Assembly (NCBI GenBank): GCA_051294905.1
Contig: CM119372.1
Span: forward strand, 28,398,001-28,462,000
Length of the DNA: 64,000 nucleotides
Source of the DNA: Botryllus schlosseri
Lineage: Eukaryota
Direction: 5' to 3'
Positions 54,118-64,000 of this stretch are shown here, one piece after another. The first letter of the stretch is position 1, and each line of letters begins with the position of its first letter. The translations under genes and the position numbers were made by a program. The notes under the pieces are model-generated. The model was given only the letters and a program-made list of their open reading frames with translations. It had not been told where the DNA came from and did not search any database.

Positions 54118-56140
54118 GTGTATACGCCGTGCTAGTGTAATCTAGGCCCGGCATAGTCCGCTGTGTAAGAAATGCTGGCAGTAAATTATATGTTGATGGC
54201 CGATAACATTGAGGAACATGAACATCGACTAATGAAGAATTTAGCACTAGGACAAGTTTGAAGTATAACTAAAAACATCTGCATATCACTTCAAACCAAC
54301 TGCAAGAGTACAACGACAGCTTCTGAGAAGTCAGATTTCATGTTTCAAGAAACCTATGCCTTCTATAATTATTGAAAGAATATAAAGTGAACGTTTTCCT
54401 GAAACTATTGAATTATCATGGATATCCTCAACTCAGCTATATAGTACATACCCAAACCTCCATTTGAAGTTATGCTATCGCACTAAAACAAACACCGCAC
54501 ACTTATTTTATCATACGATTACAACAGACAAGTAAAATTCGTTGTATAGGATGCCGCCTTATATTATAACATGAGGGGAAAAATACTATTAAATATAATA
54601 CATTAGTCATTGCATTGAAAACGAATTTTAAATGAGGGCTTTTGTATCATTTTGCCAACCGGATTTCAGGAGATGCCTAACATAAGGCGGAAAACGGTTA
54701 TTGCGCTGTATGCAAGTGTAACCTAACCACTTCGTTATACAATACTGTATAAGATTAGGATTCAATAGTATATTCATATTGAAATAAACCCGAATATTTT
54801 CGGCAGACACTCGCCAAGCCTCAGGGATGAGCTTTAGCAACTAGTACAGTTGAAAAGAACATTGTACATCCACAATCGCATCACCCAAGAGGACGTCATG
54901 GGCTTTACTTCAATGTACGATTTTTTGATGGTACGCGAACTCTTTCTGTTGGCGCAAACTATGTTGGCGTATTTTGATAAAAGCCGACTCCAATGCACAT
55001 AAATAAAAGTGTGAACGGCTTCTCCTTCTCTGGACGACGCGACATCTGTCGTCTCAATATTTTTTGGCACAAACGAAATTATCCAACAAATTATTGCCAT
55101 TGGCAGAATGCAACGCCCTCTCCTGTTTTGAATCAAGCTTCAGGGGATGAGTCAAGGGCGACCTTTTCTCCGAGTGTGATCCACATGTGCTGATAAATCT
55201 AATAGCTTAGATGACTGAAATTTACGACCTCACTTTTATGGACGTTGGCGGCTCAATAATTCTTTTCATTGACTTATTCAAACCCTTCGAATGGAATGAA
55301 GACTGTAAATAGGTACGAATTTGATGTCAACTGAGGGTCTGCCCGACACGCTTCAGTGAACTGGGTGTCAGTGCAGAGTGCATAAATTAACTCATGGTGG
55401 TATTGTGATAACGGCGGAATGGGAATGTCTTTATTAAGCAGATAGTCTGATATTTTCACAGAAATGTTACCGCGATACTGAAATATAAAGCAGGCTACAT
55501 TGTTCATCTTTGTGTACTTGTAAATCGTTGCAAAGGTGTGCCTTGATTCGGCCTTCGACTTGACTCGAGCCATTTTCTCAAAACACTTAAATGACTCGAC
55601 TCGACTCGAGTCGTTGCGCATGACTAGAACTAAGTCATATGACTCGAGACTCAGACGGCCAAGACCGACATTTCATTGTAATTCCGAAGAATAGTGGAGT
55701 AAACGCCCTTTCGGGATTTTATCTATTGGTACTGGTTTTTGAAAATGCGACCAGAAACTAATAAAAATGAGGAAAATTATTATATTATAAATGCGAACCA
55801 TTCGATATCACCAAACAGAGTTATAACCGTGGGTTTAACAAGACTTCAACTGGAAACTGAGCAGTCAACACAATGACTTGGACTCGGACTCGAGTCATAA
55901 TACCATGACTCGGACTCGAACCTCTGATCGATGACTTGGACTCGGACTTGACTCGGTGACGAATTGAAAATGACTTGAGTTGACTCGAGTCAAAACTATA
56001 AAAGTGAGATTGACTTGTGACTCGGAGACTTGTGACTTGGTTACAACCCCTATGGGCGATAACGTGCCTGTCTTGTACATCATTGGCTGCAGGCAATTAA
56101 GCGCGATCCATAGTCGAATTCTAAATGTTGTGATGATACG

Positions 56141-57074
56141 CAGTGTTGGGATGACTCGAGTCATGACTTGACTCGAGTCAGACTCGAGTCACCTTTTTCG
56201 TATGACTTGACTTGACTCGAGTCACTTTGCTAAAATGACTTGACTTGACTTGACTCGGCCTGTCAGAAATGTGGATTGACTCGTGACTCGGAGCAAAATT
56301 GACGAGTCAATTTCAAGTCATCAAGTAATCGGCTTTGATCAAAATCACTGCATCTTGCATATGTTCGTATTGTTCGCCAAACGTTGGTGTAACCCGTGAG
56401 AGCGACCAATCATTTAATGATCGTGCGTTTTACTGAGCATCCATTGCTCTCTCACAAATGAATTGACCACAAACGAATTGATCGAAACTTACAGCTTACG
56501 TTGTTGTAATCTAGTATAGTAAAGTAAATTTTGTTCTCTGTTTTTACCTTAACCAAACCTATTGTTTTATTGAAACTGAATTCGAATATAGCTTATATAG
56601 TCCTCAGCCATTGGCGCTGGCTCGAATTGTATCATATCTATTTGTAAATGCGCAATGTATTGCATCTTATCAATTCGTGTCTATTCTCTATCTTGGCTGG
56701 TAACTATAAACTGAGGTTTAGCAGTTGTACTTATATGTAATCGATACAGCGCCTTCTTGCATGTATATTTAACTCTATATGCCTTCATCGGTTCAAAATC
56801 AATGAACACTCAATCTGTATATCAGACAGCTAGCAAAATGCAATGACGCTATCATGCTTCATACTTCGAAAAGGCAACTTGACTTGAATTGTGACTTGAC
56901 TCGTGACTTGACTTGACTTGACTCGACTTGACTCGAGTCACCTCTAAAAATGGAGTGACTTGACTTGACTCGAGTCACATTTGAAAATCGATTGACTTGA
57001 CTTGACTCGAGTCAAAATGTGCAATGACTCGAAATGACTCGTGACTCGAAGGTAGTGACTTGATCCCAACACTG
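56141..57074 (+). mobile_element. CAGTGTTGGGAT MITE, copy 6
   Basis: TIRs; TSD ATGATACG. Confidence 0.95.
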
Positions 57075-57605
57075 ATGATACGTCGTTTGAAATAGCGTAC
57101 GCAGCAAAGGTTCGCTACGGAATCGAAAGTCCGTCCATCTGAAATGCCTGTTCTATATCTAATATATTTATTATCAGGATTAGATAGTTACACTGATTTG
57201 CAATGACTATTCGTTATAATGTTTTCGTTTTGTGTGAAAATCTACTTTGAGTGTTTTGTTCTTTTAACACTCTTGACACACAGGATACCCAAAATTCGTA
57301 CAACTTCGAGATTTTCTTCGCGCGATGCGCAATTTACTGTACTTGAATGTTCACCTTTTAATATGAGCTACCCGAGAAAAAATGACGCATCATTTATAAA
57401 AAAAAATTGGCATTTCATTGCCGATCATTACCGTTCCGCGACACACGAATACTTTTGAAGATTCGGCCAACATGCGACTTCGCGAAGTGTGTAACCAGGG
57501 CCTACGATACTACGTACCAAGTATCGTAGGCCCCGGTGTAACCAAACAAAACCTAGGCAAAAATGACCGCCGCATGTTGACCGAAACCATTGATATATAT
57601 ATATT

Positions 57606-58432
57606 TGGGATGGTGTGTGCGTTTTGTGTGTGAACCTCTGGAATTTAGAGGTTCACGTTCACAAACGAACCTTGGTAGGTTCAGCACTTTGAACCTTTTT
57701 CATATATTACAATTTTCACTTCATTATAACATCTTCGGTTGAAATTTATTGCATTTCAACTACGGGCTACTCTATGCATGGCCCTGACAGCATAAAAAAA
57801 TCAACACTAAACGAGCAATCGTATAATCTCAAACATTTTACTTACTTTGTTACAAAAGTTTGCTCGAAATAACCAGCTTTCCGTTTGTGAATATTTAGTG
57901 ACTCTCTGCTGTGAGCTTGACCCGCAATGACACAACATTAAAAGCGAAATACACTACATGTATAGTCAGCGAATGATGCTCATTCGACGAATCAATGGAA
58001 TTGATATCGTTGTCTGATGTAAAAAATCTAGCAGGTGTGCGGGGTCAATCTTGACTTCATATGTTTATTGTATAATAAAAATAAAATCCGCGCAATTGGG
58101 GTGTTGGCTACTGCTGTATAACTTGTTAATGGGGTAATATCGGCAGCCAGTATAGAAACTCGTTTAACACTCTGCTCAATATCAACTTCTCAATACTCAC
58201 ACGCCGAATACATTGTTCGGTCTGGCTTAGACCGTTAAGACGTAAGCTTATATTCCCTTGCAAGTCCTCGTCGTAATTGTTGGCAAAGCAACGGAAGATA
58301 TAGATTTTATGGGAATATTATAGCCTACTATTTGATTGCCCCAGCTGAAACATTTGCCGACGTTTAAAACATCAATTTGCACTTTAGCATATGTGACCCG
58401 AGTCGTCGCTAGGCATCGTGTACTACTGTACT
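57606..58432 (-). mobile_element. TAGGGATGG-family MITE, inverted, interrupted
   Basis: Reverse complement of the 32599-34341 family. Confidence 0.75.
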
Positions 58433-59698
58433 CAGAGGTGGTCAAAGTAGCCTAGAATGCTACTCAAGTAGAAGTAGAAGTAGCGACGAAAAAATCTACT
58501 CAAGTACGAGTAGAAGTACTTCTTCCATAAGCCACCTAAAACTACTTGAAGTAGAAGTAGAATTGACTGACTTTAAATCTACTCAAGTAAGTAAGTAGTT
58601 TTGAAAACAGTCTTAATTCTTTCGCATGGACTGTCAATAGCTGCAAATTGAGCTATGCAGAAGGTGTAGAGAGCTTGATTCATATTACTGCATCCCCGGA
58701 GGTATCATTTTACGACGGAATAAGCATTCTTTCGCATCATGCAAATTATAATATTGATATGAAAATGCGATACTAACCCTTTGTTTACTAGATGACCCCG
58801 TTTTAGAGAATATCATGGCATGACACCCTACCCAATATTATAAGGCCTCAAGTTTAGGCGAAGAGCAATACGGAAAAGTTGTATCGGATACGGCTTCAAC
58901 ACTTCGCGCGATTAGTATACGTTAATAACTTATATTTAGTGTAGCTTTATTTTCGGAAAATAGAGGTATTACTTCACTTGCTTTTATGCGTCAACATGTA
59001 TGTTCTGCAGAAAAATGAATTGAAAGTAATTAGAACTCAAAGTATGATACTCTGAGTATCATACTCGGAATTGAAAGAGGAATACAAATACCAATTCTAT
59101 AAAGCGGAAAATCTATTTCATGTCTTTGTCCATAAAGCTTCAAAGGTGATCTGCTAAAACAGGTGTAACGTTTCAATAAGCCGGATTTTCCAGATTAGCA
59201 TTACACGTCATTGGCTGCTAGATAACGATAGGATAGGTAATTGCTAGATTGCGAAACGGTAGTTTCAAACGTTATGGTGGATCATATTTACTGTGATGAA
59301 ATATTTGATATGGACGACAATGCGGTGTGAGCGGAACCATAAGCAATCCGGTACGTAAATTATTTTCACTGATACTTTCGTGAAAACATTTATGTCACTC
59401 CATCACAACTACTGTGCGCGAAGCGCAACCAAATTTCAGGGATTTACTTGACTTTTCTGAATATTAAATGTTGATACTCCGTGAAAACAGCCCCGAAATT
59501 CCTCAGGCTATCTTTCGTATTGGGGAATAAACTACTTCTACTTTACAAACTGAAAATAGCGAAAAGTAAGTAAGTAGATCACAAAATATTACGAAGAAGA
59601 AGTAGAGAAAATCAGATCTACTTGAGTAAGTACCAGAAGTAGAGGAAAACTACAAGTACTTCCAAAAAGTAGAAGTACTTCGTTACTGACCACCTCTG
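58433..59698. mobile_element. hAT-type element with AAGTAG subterminal repeats
   Basis: TIR CAGAGGTGGTCA...TGACCACCTCTG; perfect TSD ACTGTACT. Confidence 0.9.
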
Positions 59699-59814
59699 AC
59701 TGTACTTGTACATTAAGATAGCCGCCACATACGTTCCGTGACTTTGACGAAATACTTTTGCGCATTCCAGATTCCCTTTAGTCCACCTCTTTGGGAGGGT
59801 AATGTTTGTTGTAG

Positions 59815-59884
59815 AGATGAAGAGGGAAATCCCGAGGAGCACGAATATGAGAGGCATGATGATATTAGACGTATTATTTCATAA
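59815..59884 (+). pseudogene. Orphan exon 3 of a third peptide-precursor paralog (DEEGNPEEHEYERHDDIRRIIS*), with homologous 3' flank to ~60465
   Basis: Homologous to 26482-27135; shortened acceptor; no plus-strand exons 1-2 seen nearby. Confidence 0.75.
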
Positions 59885-61690
59885 TGTTCCTAAGGATAAT
59901 GCAAAGCCAGCATTTTCGCCTCGACCTATCCACAAACCTGCTGAGGGATATTGTCCAGTAACAACGTAAGGACGGGAATGCGGCAAACTGCTTTCAGTAG
60001 GAAGAATACAATCTCAGTTGAAAATATTTGAAACAGGCGCATTACGCAATCATCGGTCGTGATTAGGAAAAGCAAAATATATCACATCATTCATAGAGGC
60101 GTGATTTATTTGCGTTGCAACCTGGGTTTTCAGTGAAGGACTGAAAAAATTCTGAAATGGGAATGTCGATATCGACCTTTCGGCTATATTACAGCTGTAC
60201 AGGTTCGGTACAGACTCCAGATATGGACTCGTAGCCACGTAGATTTGACGTTACATCATGGCTCATTATTCTTAATTAGAAATATGCGATTGCTTCGCGG
60301 ATTCCCAATTTTTCAGTGTTTAATTTCGTTAACGAATATATCTTGGTGAAAAGTAAATGCTTTCATCGCTTGCAAGGAGGGTTCATAACATAACAAAATA
60401 CCTGTGTTGTCCGAACCATGACCGGTAGGCTCCATAGGCTTGAGAGATTACGATTCGAGAGGTTCTTTCGAATCACAATTACAAGTGTCGGGCTCCCCCT
60501 GTCTTGCGCCCCTGTTCTTACGGCGTCTTTACAAGTAGGCTCAGACGAAGACTCGCCGAAGAACGAATAAGAAAATGTATTAAGCAGGAAAAGAAAGAGT
60601 CGTGATCATGATCGAACGATATTTCATCGGACAATAATACTAGTACAACCAATAGGCCGAGTGACATCTGAGATTGATAGAACGCAGGCTACTTGTTCAT
60701 TTCAACATTTTCCTATCTGTTTATTACATCGCATTCTGTTGTGGGTAGGCCTATTACATTGAACTTTGTTGATTTCGATTGGATCAAAATAATCGAAGAC
60801 TGGAAATGATGATGGTGATATCATTGTCCCGAAGATTAGCAGCTTATAATAAAGCTATTGCGTATTCGATATATAAACAATACAACGAATGCCCGTGCAG
60901 TGTGTTTTGGTTGTCGGATAGATCCGTTTACCAATGGCTTTTGGATGCTATTAAGTGATAAATGGTTCCGCTTTTGACCTGAAAATGTGCACAACGTTCA
61001 GCAACTAACCTATTCAAAGCGTCCCGCGTTTCCAATATTCGCATTTCTTCAATGGGTAGTGGGTGCATTATTCATACAATGACCCTGTGGGGCTCAAATT
61101 GCTGGTTAAAGACTATTTGGACCCGGTAGTTTCAGCGCCCGATGACATCAATATCGATAGTTTTGGCCATTCTGCGAGAAATTTTGGGGCAAGGTTTCGT
61201 CGACGCTGACTCTTTGACAGCAAACTTCACGGAGAAGTATGAAATGATCTTGATTTGGAGTCAGATTACCAAGTCCCTGAATATTCTACTTCGCGAGGCA
61301 TTCTGAGCCCCTCAAGCTGTTATTATTCGATTCCTTCTTCATTAGGGTTTTGGATCTGGTTAATTCCATTATCAGCGTGATCGCGAACGAAATAGCTACT
61401 GCATGCGAATAACTGTCATCATTATGACCTTGACACCGATGGGCAATGTATCATCGCTGCTATGCAGAAATTCAGAAATTTATCCAGTAAATATCAGTTG
61501 TGTGATAGTAGCTGGGGCCGCCACAAAGAAAAATACCTCCTTATAAGATAGGTTTGAAATAGGGATGGTGCGCACTGCGCACACTGACCGACAGAGAGGT
61601 AGAGACAGTTTTGCTGAATAGAATTGCAATCAAAAGATAATACAAGGTGCGGCAATACGATCCTCAGGGACTCCCACGGATCATCTAGTC

Positions 61691-64000
61691 CAGTGGTTCT
61701 TAACCTTTTTCGTGTCGTTACCCCCGAGAAGTAAATGACGGAGTTCAATTACCCCCATTTTTAAAAGACAACAAATTACGGATGACAATCATTTATTCGT
61801 AAAACAACACAAAGATGACGCCATGATATACACTCAGAAGCCTTTCAAAAGTAATCAATGCAATTGGAAGGCTGATACTGTTTCCGTGCTATCAAGTGGT
61901 CAAATCTCGGCAAAGTGGAGGATAGACAGCATCTCATCTCATGTCATTGTCAATCGCAAGTTTGTTTCGATATTTCGTTTTGATAGACACCATTGCAGAA
62001 AATCCTACTTCACAGCAATAAGTGGAAGGAAATTGAATCAAAAAGCTTAATGCTCTTCTGGAAAGGATTGAATATTCATTTTGAAGCCCAACCCAAAAGT
62101 CTCCAATATCTTCCCTTGTGAAGTTGATTTTGAGATTTGAATCTTTACGCAGTCCAAGAAACTCTATTTTAGCTGACATGTCGTCATCGCAGATGCATCC
62201 CTCTTCGATCGAAAATGGCTTACTAATCCACAAGTTCTTATGTCGTCCTTCCATTCCAGGATAGTACTTTTCAAGAGCGGTAACAATTGCATTCAGATGG
62301 CTAGCAATAGCCTGAGTAAAGTCGCAATTCATATTTGGATCAGACTGCAAAAGCACGGTCAAATTTGTAAACATGCAAGTGTCGCCTTTTTGTATCATTC
62401 TTTCATAAAATTGCATTTTGCTTTTGAAAGCAGCTACGTTGTCTTGAGTTGTGTGCAACCATACTGACGACCTCCTTGTAGCATCAAATTTAGGGCGTTT
62501 ACTTCCAAAAAAGAAAATCAGCCAAGAAAGCCACCTTAAACAAGAAACAGTTGTTTTTCATTTGGTTGTATAAATATTTTCATTTCGTGCCCAGTTCCTG
62601 CTCGAGTAACGTAGTCACTTCTTCTCGTAGCTGGAGCAAACGATTCAGGACTTTTCCGCGCGATGACCACCTTACCTCGGTGTGTAACAGCAGAACTTTA
62701 TAATCAGCTCCAAATTCTTCACAAAGAGCAGCAAATATTCTCGGTGTTGTTGCATTTGCACAAATGTGATTTACAATTTTAACCACATCTTGCAACACTT
62801 CTCGAAGCCCTGGTGGTAGAGTTTTCATAGCTAAAGCAAAGCGATGAATCAAACAATGTGTGAATGATACATGAGGCGCAATATTGTTTATTAATCCTTT
62901 GAAACCAGATTTGTAACCAATAATCGACGGAGCACCATCTGTACAGATACCGACAAGTCGTTTCCAATCAGGTTTGTGTTTAAAAAAAAAAACACTTTCA
63001 CAATTTTAAAGATATCTTCTCCCTTGCAAGTGGTTTGAAGATGTTCCGAAAATAAATATTGCTCTTTTATGCTGTTTCCAGAGATATGCGAGCGTAAGAA
63101 ACATCTGTGGATCCATCCAATTGTAAAGAAAATATCGGGCTGGATCTCAAATATTCCACTACTTGCAGTAAAATATCTTCACTCATTTCAAGAATATGAC
63201 TCTTGATTGTGTCGTTTGAAAGTGAAATTTCTTTTAACTTGTTTGACTGCTGCTTTCCTAGCACCAAAGTAGTTGATTCTATGAGACGGGGCTTTATCAG
63301 CTCCTCGCCAATTGTGTGCGGTTTCTTTTCTTTTGCAATTCGTAAGGCAATGCGATACGACGCCTCTAATACTGCATTGTTTTGCTGTGCCCCCATTCCA
63401 CTGGAATCAAGGCGAACATTTTTCAAATGCTCCGATTTTCGCTCAAAAAACTCGACTGTCTTTCCTGCCAATTCACCATGACGAGATAGAAGTTGCTGCT
63501 TGAGCTTGCTCGGTTTCATACTTTCTTGAGACAACACTTTGAGACAAATCATGCATTGTGGTTTTTCAAGGGGACCTTCACTAACACTCGTAAATCCTAA
63601 CTTTAGAAAAGCTTCGTTGTAACTTCGCTTCTTCGGAGGCATTTGATGATGTCAGACTTGATTATACTGACTAGACTGGAACACTACAGCTTGCAATACT
63701 AACAGTACAGTACTACTACTACGTACTACGGATAGATACGCAGGTCCCGTCGTTACGCTCCGGCAAGCAGTTACACTTGTTGCTGAACAATCTAAAAGCA
63801 GCATAATTGGTGGTGTTATAGTTCGCGACCCGAGTGCTGAAATTTAATGAAACTGGTCTTAATCGAGAGCTACTGCCGCACTGATTCCAAAAATACAAAT
63901 TAAAATCTTGACGGGGATATGGAACCACCTCAAAACAGCCCTCAAAATCCGAAAATCGGCATTGTTCCAACAATGGCACCACCGATGAACACGATGAACA
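61691..64000 (-). mobile_element. hAT Buster/Charlie-type transposon (other end outside window)
   Basis: TIR CAGTGGTTCTTAACC at 61691, preceded by ATCTAGTC (central TA, Buster-type target). Confidence 0.9.
61900..63642 (-). pseudogene. Disrupted hAT transposase (ZBED8/SCAND3/Buster-like)
   Basis: Fragments [85 protein letters not shown] spread over several frames. Confidence 0.93.

Noticed and set aside
60600..61680. Coding-like decayed stretch (e.g. AYNKAIAYSIYKQYNECPCSVFWLSD), possibly a viral or retroelement relic
   Set aside because: Many stops and no motif I can identify; needs tblastx/HMM.

Overview
AT-rich eukaryotic genomic DNA, most plausibly a marine invertebrate. An ascidian is my inference from peptide similarity only. 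Most ORFs in the track are spurious. (1) 1-15504 is a homogeneous block with no MITEs that I could find. It holds a near-perfect inverted repeat (arms >=2.58 kb, 884-bp spacer), each arm carrying a 41-bp tandem array, and it ends in a Polinton/Maverick-like terminus (...CTACATAACTACT). Bases 1-5281 recur at 7316-12596 across a 100-N gap, probably an assembly overlap. (2) 15.5-64 kb is dense with transposons: many hAT-type MITEs with 8-bp TSDs, a deleted Harbinger, a decayed Buster/Charlie hAT transposase, Penelope and RLE-type LINE remnants, SINEs and a 28S rRNA fragment. (3) Hidden among these, and missed by the ORF track because of introns, are two apparently intact three-exon paralogs (25127-26551 +; 53623-50156 -) plus remnants. 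Each encodes a signal peptide, a short core WFHVH(L/I)H..C and an acidic His-rich follower. The core closely matches the pattern of the tunicate octapeptide plicatamide (FFHLHFH-dcDeltaDOPA). This is the best candidate for an undescribed system.
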